Assembly (NCBI GenBank): GCA_037379345.1
Contig: CM074523.1
Span: forward strand, 31,883,678-31,947,677
Reading direction: 5' to 3'
DNA: 64,000 nucleotides
Source of the DNA: Perna viridis
Taxonomy: Eukaryota
The notes beneath the pieces were generated by a model, which worked only from the letters and a program-made list of their open reading frames with translations, was not told the origin of the DNA and did not search any database. The position numbers and the translations under genes were made by a program. This document shows positions 26,001-41,000 of the stretch, one piece after another; the stretch's first letter is position 1; the number at the start of each line of letters is the position of its first letter.

Positions 26001-29000
26001 TACCTTCTGCTCCTTCACCATATTCAGATGGCAAAATGTCTGTTGAAGAAGCAATTCAATCTGGTGCCCTTGACCTTCAAAAAGGGACTTTTACTGACCC
26101 AATTACTGGAGAAGTAATGTCCCTTTCAGAGGCAATCAAAGAACAAAAGATAGATCCTGTGGCTGCAAGCAGTTTGTTGAAAGCCCTTGATAAACTCTCT
26201 TTGAGAGAGATGATGGAAGAGACAAATTTTGACCCTGAAACAGGGTTACTAACACCAAGTCAAAGTTCAAAGCCATTGTCTATTCTTGAGGCTATAGAAG
26301 CAGGTCTGATAGCACCAGAAAATATTTTCTTGGTCGACAATGTCAATGGGCGTATCACAACACTTGGTGCTCTCATTGATGAAGGAATATTTAATCCAGT
26401 AGAAGGAACATATACTAATCCTAATACAGGTGAAACAATGAGTTTGGCTAAGGCAATAGACTTAGGGTTAATAGACCCTAGTATTGTAGAAGGTGACTTC
26501 ATTGATACTTCAGTGACCTTGAAAGATTTAATTGACAGCAGCAAAGTCAATCCAAGGTCAACTGAGTTTGTTGCCCCAAACAACACAAAAATGTCATTGA
26601 GAGATGCCCTTGCTAATGGATTTTTAACCTTGAACTCTAAAGTAAAACTTGACCCCAGAACTGGGTGTGTCCAGCTTGTCTCTGATGAGGAGGTTGTCAA
26701 GGCACTCCTAGATGTGAAGGAAAATGCTGATTGGTTACAGACAGTAGAGCAGATGTTAGCAGCAAGAGAAAAAGCCAGTCAGAAACTAGAGAGACTCGGA
26801 CAACAGAAAGAAAATTATCAGGTATGCTTGTTTTTGTATCATTATCAGTTTCTTCTGTAATTGCCCCCATGCCTCAATAAAATGGGGATTAAATGATTTG
26901 AAATGTCTGCCCATCCATGTGTCTGTCCATAATCGGTAGTTTTAGTAACAATTCTTAGTATACCAGCTATCATACTTCAGGGAATTTTTTTGAATGCCCG
27001 ACGCAGTACATATACTGGTATGTATTTGAACATATGGCACTGCAATTTTGAGTTGACAATTTTTTAACAGGAGTTAAATAATGACTTGGATATATTTTAT
27101 CTTCAAATTTATATGCTGCAAAGGACATATGGCTATGTGTAGGGAATTATATTTACTTTAGAAATGTTTGATAATTTTCAAATCAGTAGAAAGAGATTTA
27201 TGAAAATTCTGGTGCCAGTGGTAGGTTTTATGGACCTCTCTGACCAAATAAATCTTTAGATTTGACAAAAGGATGATCTGTTGTGTTTTTGTATGCGTTT
27301 TTCTGCTTGTTTTGTTCTAGTTTTTATTCTAATACAAAAGTTTGCTTCAGGATATAACTTATTTGTCATTTTGTCTTAACAGTGGTCAAGAAGGAATCTT
27401 TTCAAATGTGCAATTTTCAGCATTTTATTGGGTTATTTTTGCAGATTTTTAATAAACTCTTGTAAATTTAGTTCATATTTCAACTTCAAATGGTCCCTGT
27501 CATTTCCAATCACTGTAACTATAAACATGTATGGCATTTTAATTTCTGTTGCTATTGTTTAATATTGACCAATGTATACACTGATAACTTAGGGAAAGAG
27601 AGGCATGCGTCCAAAAAGTGTTTTTCAAAGTTTAAGGTTGAATTCAATGATCCAAATTTTCCACTAATGACTAATTGCAAATTCTGTTTCACCAAAAGTA
27701 TCCAAAATATGAATTTCAACAGTATTTTGTGACAATAAATTATTAACTAACTTTATGTCCACCGGCTTTATGTCAAATACCTGCTTTAATAACTGTGTCT
27801 TCAACTTTTAATTGCCTTTGGTAATTTAATTGTTTTGGTTTTTGAAACTTTAAGATAAATTGCTGAATTTTGTATACAAATAATGTGTAAAACTTTCATA
27901 GGACAAACAAAATCTTTAAACTGGACAAACAGATTTTGATAATGGTGACTAACCAGGAGGAAAAATCATTATTATACTTGTTTCAATAAATGTATTTCTG
28001 GATTTGCTGTTAAAAAAAATTCTGGCTTATTGACCCTGTATCATTATCTTCCTTTTGCATGCAAGGGAGTATATAGACTGTAGTGGTCATTCTGTCCATA
28101 CAGTTGTCCCCAGTTCCTGCTCCTATCCTCTATCATATAACAAAATTATATGGAATTTGTGTTGCACAATGATACCATGATGCACCGCTTTTTTGTTTAT
28201 ACATGTAAATGACTTTTAGGCTTTCTGTCAGTCAGTCTGAGGAAGGGACTGTGGGTATCAGCTATTGAGCTTAATTCACTGTTTTTCAAGGTTTTATTGG
28301 TTCATTACCAGAATTTAAACCCTTATAATAGCCCTCCTTCTGTAGGGTTATAATAGCCCTCCTAGGGTTATAGTTAGGGGTAAGTCTACCCAGCTGGTGT
28401 TTGAGATTAACAGGTGTAAAACTCTTTGATCTTCTGTCCATGTTATTAAACTGTCCATGGTGGTCCTAAAATAATTGTCTAGTGGCAGTTATATTTAAGT
28501 ACCATTCTTTGTATGAATCAGGCAATGGATGGCATATCTTTTTTTCTCAATTTGGTCCTTTTGGCCTCAAATGTATTCACTACTTTTAGAAAACATCTGA
28601 AAAGCTATTTAAAGGCAAACTTTAAAAGCACTTCAATGGTTAGGTCTGGAGTTTATGAGGTATAAATACTTGCATAATGCAATAAAATCTCTTCATGTGT
28701 CAAACCTCATACACATGTTGCCTGATTCTTAGACACAGAAGTATTAAAGTGTAAGTGTACCTCATTCCTGAGTAGAACAATATGTACATGTAACTGTTTA
28801 AACTGTTATGAAGGCTTTTAAATGGCTTCAGTTAACAAGAGTGTGTTATTATTAATAATGTCTCTCTCTTTTGGGTGGGGAGACAAATCATTTTTACCCT
28901 GTCCATTTGTCTGTCTGCCTGTTGGAAAGCACAACTCCTCTGAAGTACTGTACCAAATTTCATGTAATTTAGGACATGATATGTACTTGTGCTCGTTACC

Positions 29001-32000
29001 ATGAATTCATTATCCACTGAATTTTGTGGGAGTTATACCCTGCTGAACTTTTATAATGGGGTAGACATACAATTCTGTAGGCAAAAACAAACTTTGATTG
29101 AAAACTTGATTAGATTGGTTGGTTCTTTAACACAGCTTTCTGGGCTTCATTTTACTAAAAATTTACTATGGGTACTGTGCTACGTTTTTGCTGGAAAGAC
29201 TAAAGAACTGTTCTATTTCATGTTCATTATGATGTCCATCCAACTGCATATTCATCCATCCAATACTTTTTCATTACAGTTTTATCTGCAACTTCTTACC
29301 ATAGCAGCTTTGTATTTTGAATGAAGCTTTATATGTTTTCTAAATATTAGGATTTTATTTCAGACTAAAACAACATTAAATTTCTGTTGACAAATTTGTT
29401 TATATTTTGACCTATTGGTTACTTGAGTAGTAACTTTTTCTAGTTTTTGTTATTTATCTTTTAGACATACAAAATGAAACTAAATCATTACATGAATGAA
29501 GGATTATTTCAAGAAATCATTTTTCAAGCAAATATGAACCATTTGTTAAGTTACAAAATATTTCATGTACTGTTAAGTTCCTAGTTAATCTTGAGGGTGT
29601 TTTACAGCGACCTTGTAACCTCAGAGATTTACTGCTACCCTAATCACCTCTGAGATGATTCATTCCATTTGTCATAATTAAATTCATAGTGAACTATCAT
29701 TGTAACAGCTTTTGTAAATTGATGAATGAAGGGAGGTAACTCAAGATTTACGTTAGTCACAGTAGTAAACAGAGATCGGAAAATTTCCCTTCTGGCCAAA
29801 AGAAAAATAATAGTCTTGTTGCCTGCTACCAGCAAGGAAAAAATTAGGGTAGGCAGCTAGGGAATTTTTTCAAAAACATTTTAAATTGCATTAATGAGGA
29901 AACAGTCTAGACTTTCATGGTGCTTCAGCCAAAACCGCTATAAAATATTTAGTTAAGCCACAAAAAACAAGTGTAGGTAGGGTAGCTTTGGTCTAAGTCA
30001 ATGACATGGACCTCAAGAAAATAGATAGAGCGAAATCTGTCTAAACCAAACCACTATTGGGCTTCAAATTTCAAAGTTCAGATTCAAAATACATTAAAAG
30101 GTGCCTGGTTAAGACAGGTTTTAGATTGTATTCAATGTTTGGTTTAGACAGGTCTCATTGTATAATGCAACAAGCCAATTTGAATTCTGATTTAATTCTA
30201 TGTGTGAAAGATCCTGAACATTTCCAAGTTTCAAATCAGTGGAATCATAGTCAACTATCTGCTGAAAGAGTTGAAGGTTCAGCACTCAGTGTCAAATAAA
30301 ATAAAAGATCTTAGATAAAAAATTCAGGCCACCACTAATTTGAACCTCTGCAACAAGGCTTACATTAGGAATAAATAGCCTAAAAAATCTTGCCCATGTT
30401 CCCACCAAGTTTACAGACCTTAATTAAATGTACCAATCTTAAAGCCTTTTTTGTCTTTTTTTTTGCCAAGCACTATTAGGATTGAATGATCCTTCAAACT
30501 TTTGAAAAAGTAGAAAGTTCTGCCTACCCATTGACCAAAGTTTTTTTAGAGCAAGTAATCAAAAACACAAGTATTTTTTTCTTTGTGTATTGAATTTGTT
30601 TTTAAATTTGAGAATGAAGAAATAAATTTTGTTGAATTTTAGATCTTTACTGAAATTTCTACTGTTCAGAATACAATTCTGATACCTGTGATATTTCCTC
30701 AATTTTCAGTCTTCTCATTTATTTCAATTTCCTTTTTACTTTTGTATAAATTGCATGTATGACTTAAGAAAGCAAGTGAACTTGACATTGAAATTTTGAA
30801 AAGAATTTAGTGTTCATTACACATATTTTCAATAACTATTCCTTTATATTATTTTTACTTCATTTCTATTTGTAATTACTATGGGTCAGACCTAATTATA
30901 TACTTATGGTCCATTACTTATGAATGATTATATATTGACAAAATAAGAAAGCCATTTTTGCTATCATTGTGGTATTCAATAATTCATTGGTGACCAGACC
31001 CTAATTATAAACCTTGGATGTAAGTAGTTTATAGTGTTACCCCAGTTTCTTAAGGGTTAAATAATTAATCAACGGGACTTCTTCAACATAATTGACAAGC
31101 ACCTGTAGACCATGTCATTTTCACCTTTTATCTACCTGCCGTTTTCTCGTTAAGCTTTGGCACACCTGGTTTTGAAGTTTGTTCACTGTTTGTAGTGTCC
31201 ATTTCACTATATGGGATGTCGATTTCATGTAAATATTTAGATTCTGATTTGGTAAATGAGGATTAAGTTGACTTGTGTTTCTAGTTTAATTGTTTTTTCT
31301 GTACCCATACAGGGATTTGTGTGTTGGGATACCTTTTAAATAGTTTTGCTTATAAGTGGATAAATGGCTTTAAGTGACTTGGATTTACTTGGATTTACAC
31401 ATACATATATGAAAGAAAAAAGACTTTAGTGATGATATATACAGTCTACGTTTTACTGATTCTGTAAATATAAATTGTAAGAAAGTCTGAGCTCAGAAGA
31501 TGAATGATTACTTATTATCTACTCTTTGATTATCAGTGGTGGATGTTGAATTATAATTTTTGTCTTAGATTATGAAATTGACATTCATGTATAAAACAAA
31601 TCATGGAAAAAGAAAGATTGGATTTAATCGCAGCAGGATTTCTTTCTGTATTCGTCAGATACAGAAAATTGTAAGTCTCAATGATAGGAATAGAAAAAAA
31701 TATCAAAACTGGATTTGTAAAGTTAATTTCATTAATGACCCCGTCACTAGACGAGTTCAAGGGTAAAAATTTACTTTCAAGAGTGAAAGGTCCTAGTCAT
31801 TTTGCATCTACCAAAAGAAAGTGAAAAGTCCTCAATAAATTAGATATAAAGCATCATGAATTAATTGTATGGTATGTTCAGGACTTAAGTTAATAAAATT
31901 TTCAATGGTCCTGCATCAGAAATTTTGGGTCCAAGACCTCAGAGCAATGCTAATGTTTTAACCATTACTTTTGGCATTGTAGCCCACAATTTAAACTTTT

Positions 32001-35000
32001 GTAGCTAAAATGTATACTATCTTTACAATCACTGTAGAAATTTTAGTAGCCCAAATTTTGTCCTTTGTCAAGTGGGTCTCTGTTAATTGTCAAACCCTTC
32101 AATGGTGTTATTATTAGAAATTTTAGATAAGTTAGTTCAGTCCTGTCATTTTATAGGATTCATATTTTTAACCAAGTTTTTGATACCAAATGTCCCAAAA
32201 AATTGAAAATCTGTTAAATCATGTCTTCATTAATAAATTATGTATTAATAAGATTATAATAGACAGATATTTCCTGTTTATACATAAAATTACATTAACT
32301 CTGACTTTTTATGACTTGTAAGTACAACTTTTGACAATTACCAAAACAAATCAATTCTTAATTGGCCTTTGCTTTTACCGCCATATAAATATGGAGTAAA
32401 ATTTGATTTTTAAGAATTGAAAATGTCATAACTATCCGTACATAAGTTTTGAACCATCAATTTCTTAAGAAGGAGTTGAAGTTTATTGCACAGTAGATAT
32501 ATTTTGAAGCAGTCAAAGCCCATCATAAAGATAACCTGTTTGGTTTCAGGCTGGAATGAGCTTGTTTAGGTATAATACTATAGACATGTGGATTTTACAT
32601 TCTTATTCAGTTCAGGTTTGTCTTTTTCTTTATAAAGTTTTTGAGTTTATTGTTTTCAAACCCTCTTACATTTCACAGATACATTGTACCTATGTTGTAG
32701 TATTTAATTCTTGTTTCAGGTTCTTCAAGAAGATATACAGAATCACGAGGATGATGTGAAATTGTCAATCCAACAAGCAGAGGATCTAATTGACAATAAC
32801 CGTGGCGTAGAGAAGAAAAACGATGGTGCTCAGCAACTCCAGAAACTCAAGTTCAACACAGCGGATCTCAAAGTTCGCTTTGATGATGTGAGTATACTCT
32901 TGCAAATCAAATAAAAAGGTGATTCTTGGGCCTGGTTGTTTGAAACCTGGTTGTTTATCTGCTGGACAAAAGTTATCCACTGGATAAGCCTATAAGTGTA
33001 ATTTGTTCAAATTATCTGATGGATAAATAATTTGTTTTGAAAAACTGTCCAGGCTGTTAATATTTGACATTTTTTACCCAGTTGATGCACAAAATTAGGT
33101 CAGACTCCTAGAATTACCCAAACTCCTAGAATGACCCTAACTCCTTGAATGACCCTTACTTAGATAATTGATTTACCACTGATATGACTGTTACACATGA
33201 ATTGTAAGTACAGTGTACAAAAAAATTCTTAAACTCCAATTTAATCTAAAATGTGAGAACAGTGTTTGACAAACTTTACTTTTAAGCAATGTATACAAAC
33301 AAAATAACAAAACATTTAGTTGCGAGTCAGGATCAAATATATTTCAATAGACAAAAGCTAGTTTAAATGTTTTCTTTGGAAATTTATGGCACACTTATCT
33401 GTTTTTGAAGCAGAATTTAAGAACAAGAATTTAGGCAAAGGAAATATAAAAACCAAGAGACTAATTAGTTAAGTTTGGGTCAGAGATTTTATACAAACCC
33501 TGTCTAAACCAGACACTTTTTTAAAAATCTTTTCATACCAGTTTAAATGTATTTTGAACCAGGGAAAACTTAACATCAGTCTTAACCAAACACCTGTCTG
33601 AACCAAACACCAGTCTTAACTGTACACCTGTCTAAACCAAACACCAGTCTTAATGGTACACCCGTCTAAAACAAACACCTGTCTTAACCAAATACTTGTC
33701 TAATCCAGACACATCTTAACCACACTCCTGTCTAAACCAAACAATTGTCTAAACCAAACACCTCTCTAAACCAAATACCTCTCTATGACTTCCTAACAAA
33801 TCTTGGGGGTTAACCTTATTTTATGTTTTAGCATACAATATTAGAAAATACTATAATGCATCTCTTTAGGCATCTGCTGAAACTGACAGCCGATGTAAGA
33901 AGTTTGAGAAGATGTCGGCAGACCTTGAGGACTTTTATACCACCTTACAAGACCTAGATCAATGGTTGGACCAAGCTATAGAGCTGTCAGAGGAATACCA
34001 GGCCTCTGATGAGGATATCGAGGTCCAGTTTGCTAATTATAAGGTGGGTTCCTTATTTCTGAATTATCAATAGAATGGACTTCAAAAGGAACTGTCTTTT
34101 CCTTTACCCTATTTGGTTAAAAAATCTGCTCTCAATAAGAGTCAGGCAGGTAAAACATATACAAAAAAATACCACAGTATTTTGTGTCTATTGTACCATG
34201 GACACTATAAAATAGATACCAAACTTATATACAATTTCTTTATAATACTTAGCAATTTACGAAATCCAAGGCAGATTACTCTGTCAAAAAAAAGATAGAA
34301 ATTTTACAAGGTGGATGGGATTGAGTGGGCTTATGACATTTTTCATGTCTGCTGATTCTTAATAAGGATTATACTTCAATTTATCATACTCCTGTTGCGT
34401 AAATTAAAAGTAAGTAATAATGAGCAGATTGTGATGAGGCCGGTTTTGTTATGTAAGTTTTAACCTAAGCTTGCTTTAGTAAGTGAAAAGCACTTAAATA
34501 GGCCTTTCAATTTTAAATTAAGCATAGATTACATTTTTGAAGATTTTTATTGATGCCCTAAATAAGAACCAGATCTGGAATATAGGTGCTTAAGTATTAT
34601 GAAACTGTTACATAAAAATGGTTTGAAGTGCCACAAACATGATTTTTTTTATCTTAGTTAAATGTGAGATCCATTATCAGGGTTTGACACTAACAGTAGT
34701 CCAGTAGTCCTGTGCCTACCTAATTTCTAGGAGGACTACCTTGAAATATCAATGGGTAGTCCTTTGGGCTACCTCATTTAGTTTCAAAATTTCATTAGTC
34801 CTAAGAACAGGACCACAAAATAATTTTGAGGACTACCTAATTATCTATCACATGGTTCTGTGGACTACCTATCACGAAAAGTTAGTGTCAAACCCAGATT
34901 ATTATGTTAACTGTTTAATTGCTACTGTCATTTTTATTGTATGTTTATTTTCATTTTCTCCCACTATTAATTTCTTTTTGTTTCCCTCATAAAATCTTGT

Positions 35001-38000
35001 CTGGTGCTAGTGATCAATTCAATAGTGTGAGGTCCTGAATTTTTCAAATCAATGGTCAATTTGAGGGATATCAAAATCCCGCAGTAAGGTGTCAGTATAA
35101 AGGGTTGAAGGCCCAGGACCCATGTAAACAAAATTGTTTAGTCCTAGATCAGAAGTTAAGGGCCCTGGACCTTTGACCACAGCTGGTTTGAAACTTGTTA
35201 AGTGTAAATAGACTTAATCATCTTTTGATTTAAAAAGAAATTCTTCTTCTCTTTTTTTATTTACACCAAAAACCCCTTTGCTTTTGGCTTTTAAAGGGAC
35301 ATAACTCTATAGTACTCCATATAATATTCATCTTGCATCAAACAGACAACCATTTCAATTTTTCATGGTGTGTATTCCATTTAAATAACCAAAGGAGCCA
35401 GAAGCTTCCTTTTGTTGGGTGATAAAGGGAAAATACATGCATGAATAAGATTGTTAGAAATTTTCTTTGAGCTATATTACCTACAGGATGTATTGTAACA
35501 GTTTCAGTTTTTGTCATGAACAAGTTTTTGAACCATGAAATATTATTGTGATTTGAATCTGTGGATTTATGTGGGTACATTATGGCACATGCATCTTTTT
35601 TTAAGTTTGATTTTATGGAGGAGGAAGGTTTCAGTTATATGGTAGGACTAATAATCTCTCTTTCTGTAAAATTGTGGACATCATAGTAAACTTGTTGTTG
35701 ATTAGGTAGTCATGGTTTATAGAGAGAATTGTTGATTATTTACCATAGAAAGTCATTGAATGGGGCAGCAATATGTTCTTGGTACCCTCTAAGTTATAAT
35801 AAACAAATAATTTGTAAACTGCTCCAGAAATTAAGAAATTTCTTGCTGCTTGAAATTTTGACAGAAAAGGTAGGCATGAAAATGAACTATGAAATTCCAC
35901 AAAACAGAATTTAAAAGCATCATGGTAATCTTGTTAATTTAACTTTCTCTGTCCTAGTATTCTATTTCTTGTCCCACTTGACATGAATTCAAAAGCTCAG
36001 GCTGATTGATATTACCGTAGGGAGCAACCATTTTATTTCTATGGGGGGCTAGGGTCTGATTTTATGTCCTGGATTTTTTTTCAGCATCCTACCATTTTAT
36101 TTCACACGATTGGATTTTTTAAACCCTGCATCATTGTCCTATTTTGTGTATTTTGTATGTGTTTCTTGTAAAATGTATTATGGAAGAACGACAATAGAGG
36201 ATTGGAAGGCATATAGATTATTTGCCCAAAACATGAGACATTGGAAATGTATAGAGAGTGTTAAAACCTAAATCATATACCCATTTATCACAGTTGAATA
36301 AGGAATGTTTACAATTACATAACAAAAATATGTCTGTTTGACAGAAGTCCTAATGTATTGTGTCATAATAAGATAAACATCTAGTTACATGTTTGAAAGG
36401 TAAAGTCATAACATATGGTAATATATATATCTAAATTTTATTTGATGAGGCCAGCTCAAAATAATTTCTTGGTTCAAAAAGACCCTACCAAATTCCTACC
36501 TTTTCTATGGCCATATTGAAATATCACATAAAACCTTCCCTAAAAATATATTTATACCCCCACTCAGTTAGGGGATGGCTTATTGGAATGAACTTGTATG
36601 TCATCTACCTGTCCTTCTGAATTTTCCCCAATGAATATATTGACACTAAATTTGGTGCTGTTGCCTGATTAACATTTACATGGAACATTTATCAGGAACC
36701 AATTTGGTTGCTTTACATTAATAACTTTCATTTTCATCAGCTTTTTACTCACTTTTTGATCTGCATAGAAAATAGTAGTCTGAAAACCAAGAAATTCTCA
36801 TTGAATGGCCTAACTTATGTATATCTATATTAGGTTAAAAGATACCATAAAGTTGAAAATTTTGATATAGAATTCAAATAATAGTTGTCAAATGAAAGAA
36901 ATTTTTAATTGAAATTTCACATAAAAGAAGGAGAGGTTTGATATTTTTATTATTTACTTCAAGAATCCCTCTAATTAGGTAAATTTAATTTATGTTAAGG
37001 AACATGATAATACATGTATTTGATAAATTATGAAATACTGTAGGAATCTATCTATTTTTCTTTTTTAATGTAATACCAGAGAATTATTGTGGATTATCTC
37101 CCCTTGGTTTGGGTAAATATTTTCCATATATTTAAATGAACTATTTCTTGAACTAAGATTTCACACAGTACAACTAGATAAACAATGAATGAACGTTAAC
37201 CCATCATTTAATATGGAATATGAAAAAAAATTTAAACTTTATTCTTATGAAGCATTTATTTATTTGCAAAACAAAATCTGGCCGTCATCACAATTTTAAC
37301 TGTTTTTAAAACATCAGGTATTGTTGTAAATATAAAAACTATAGCGAGATCTTAGACACTTTGTCATCATTGATGACTTGTTTTGTTTAATTTCTTTCAT
37401 GAGTTGCTGAACTTTGAACAAAAACAAAACAATGGTATTATCTAACATTTGGTCTATTGGTACTTTATCTCTTTAAGTTTGATGAAGCAAAATATCATAA
37501 AAATCTGACTAGAGTTTTGGCTAGCTGTTTGGTGCTCCATGATTTAGCATGAATTTAGATCTGTTATTTAAGGTAGGGCAATAAATTCTGAGATTCCAAC
37601 CTGTTTAAAAACAATATAAAATTTGCATGTTGTCTGTCAAGTTCAGCTGTTTTTCTAATGTAATTCTTGATCACTAGTTTTTGAACTAAAATGGTCATTG
37701 AGTTCAAGTTTGTTAAAATCTATCTAGAAGTTATAAGGTTTTGTAGATGGTGTTTGGCACAAAAACATTTGGTTAAATACAGTCCAACATTTACCATGCA
37801 TTATTTACTTCAGTACAGGTAAATGTGTCTAAAGCAAACTCAGAATCAGGGGTTTAAATAAGTGTAGGTCTGAGATGGAGGCCTGGACCCTACTTTTTTT
37901 ACCTAGGACTTTTCAAATTTCATTGCTGGAAAAAGCAAGTTTGAATAAACTGCATAAATAGTATATGAACTGACAATTCTTCTCTTGGATGTGAGTCATA

Positions 38001-41000
38001 GTTGTGTTTAAACAAAATGTATTAATTTTCAAGTACATCTGCAAAGATTATTTAAACTATTTCTATTTAAAATTTGATACAGAACTATAAAGAGTTAGTT
38101 AATGAAGGATTAGAACAGCCATTTTTAAACTATTAAGAAATTAACTGGTAATTGACTACTGTGAAACCAATCAAATCAGAATCCATTTTGAACTTTAAAA
38201 TGTGTTTGGTTTAGACAGGTGTTCAGTTTACCAAGGTTTAAATTATGTTTTCACTGATATTAAGAGACTTGAAAAAGTGTCTGGTTTAGACAGGTGTTGT
38301 TTTTTACGGTTTTTGGTGTAGACAGGTTTAACTGTAGATGATTTTTTTATTTACTAGTTTATGGTTTGAAGTTTTAAGAAATTAATTAACTTATCATAAA
38401 TGGCTTGCTTATGGCTCTGTAGACAGTTACGTTGCCTTATTTGGAATAATGTAGATTAATTTGCATAATGGGATAGAGTTTATCGTTGGTAAGTTATTTT
38501 AACATTAGATTTGACCAAGAGATACACTATATTTATTTACATGTATGTTTAAACTTATTTTAAGGGATTAAGGCTTAAACATGTTTATAATAACAATAGG
38601 TCCCTGACATAATAATTATTTTTGTTGTTGCCCAAGTTGTTAGTGTTATTGCTCTGTTAAATTTGGTCTGTATGTCTGTAAATTCCATTGATCTTTTTTG
38701 TCTTTAAAGACATAAGGTAAGAATTTTTACTTCTTTTTTTTTTTTATAAAAGTGAAACATTTTAATGAAACTCTTTTTCAATTAGACCCATACTTAATTT
38801 CTACATACTTTGTCCATGAGTTTAATTTTATATACTTGCTATATAAACATGCCTGCTGTGAATACAAAAATATTCATAGTCAATTGTCTTCATTTTGGTG
38901 CAGTGACTCATTTTAATCTGTTTTTAAATTCTTCAATCCTTATATCTTTATATTAAGGGAAGATTGCTTTTGTTAAAAGTGGTAAAATTTAAAATGAACT
39001 GAAGAGAAATTTAATATAAATTGTAGTTATAGTAATTTTTGGTGCGTAATATTTTTGACATTTTGTGTTGTATACCATAAATGGTTTTATATTTTGTAAC
39101 TTGTAGAAAAAGCTTTGTTGCTGACTATTATAATGCTTGTCTAAAATATTGCTATGAAGAACCATTTAAAATCTTACAGTAATTTTAATAATTTCTACCA
39201 GTACAGTACATCTGGCCTTGTTAGAGCTGTAGGGTAAATCTACATATCTGTACTACAGTAATGGGAAAATTAAGTAAGAAATTCTGAGACATCCATTCAT
39301 AACTGTGTCAGACCTTGTAGTCATAAGTCTATTGTTTTCATCTGTAAGGTACAATAGTGGACTAGTATGTATAAGAATAGGGATGGTTTGGAATGTTTTA
39401 CAACAGTGGACCTTACTTGTATGTATAGGAATAGGGATGGTTTGGAATGTTTTACAACAGTGGACCTTACTTGTGTATATAGGAATAGGGATGGTTTGGA
39501 ATGTTTTACGCCTTGAAAGTAAATATATATAAATCAGTAGTTTTATTTATGGTGAAACGTTCTCAACCAACCCTTTTTTTACTCTTTTTTGTTTTTGTTT
39601 CGAAAGTTACTTCATTTATACTGGTATAAAATGCTTTTTAATATACTAAAACCAATTTCAATTTTAATCTCTTTACTGTGGTTTAGACAAGCAGGTATAA
39701 ATTGCATTGAAATTGATATGACTAACTTTCAGAAAATGTCTGGTTTATGCTGGTTGCACTGTGATAATTGCTAAGTCTGTTCACTTTGATACTTAACTTA
39801 CATACACCTTCATGTAAGAATTATGCACACACAAAAACAGAAAAAGACAATAATGCTGGAAGTTTTTGTCAACTTTCTACTCATATTTATATTAAAATTA
39901 CCAACATGGGTTGTATCATAAGTAAGGAAAGAGTTCTGTTTAGCTGAATTCTAATAAAATGTGTCTTGCCAAATTTTTCACTTAAGTAGCAGTCTTTTTA
40001 AACATCAGACAGAAGGTGATTTTATGCATGTCAAAAATTCACCAAATTCATTATTATTTTTAATTCAGAATCAATTACAAACATGTAACCATGCAGTCTT
40101 AGATTTTCATTTGTTTGTTGCATTTTTGAGATAAAAAATTATATAGATTGTACAAGCATTTTGTTGATTTATTGTGAGATAAATTCATGGTTTTCTCAAA
40201 AATACAGATCTGAATGCATGAAAAATTATTGTTATGTAAAAATATGACATCCAAATACCCAAAAACATTGTTTGTTAGGTGGGCTTTGTCTACATCACGA
40301 ATCAACCCTACCATGGGCTGTGTCTGTACTTTATATGGACTGGTACTTAAGAACATAAATAGTAATTTTTTTTTCCAACATTAAATTCTCTTTTATTACC
40401 TTGAGGGGGTCTTAAATATTGGATGATTTTATACTATTAAGGAAGGTGTCAACAACTATGGACTGGTACCCATTTCTATTTCAGGGACCAGCTAATAATA
40501 TAGATACCATGAATCACTTTGGCTTATTATCTCATATTAAAATGTAGTTTATTATTTTTGTATTTTCAGGAATTTGTTGATGAGCTTCATGGTAAAGAAT
40601 CAGAGATGGCCAATGCTTTTAAGATTGCTGATGGATTTAGAGATGAAGCCCAGGTTTGTAGAATTTTTATTACCCTAGTCAGCAAGTGGGCCATGTATAA
40701 GGTCTGTCCGTCTGTCATTATGTCAGTTAAATTACAACTCTCTTTCAGTGAATGGATTCATATTTAGTATGTGGCTGTATAAAGATACATTGTAAGTGGT
40801 CTGATATCAGCTTCCTGTTTAAGTAGAGGTAGTCACTAAGGACAATTCATGCTAGTTCATATTTGTTTTTCAAGACTAAGTTCTAGTTTGTAGTCATGTT
40901 TATACCTTAAAAACTTGTGAAAATGGTAGAATGGAATTGTGATAATTTGGCATAAATCATGCAAAGAATATATCAGCCCAGTAAAAGTTTTCTGTAGAGA

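Noticed and set aside
24695-26700. Minus-strand ORFs overlapping the large exon (also 55543-55951 and 58518-58936)
   Set aside because: Antisense shadows of coding sequence with no independent motifs.
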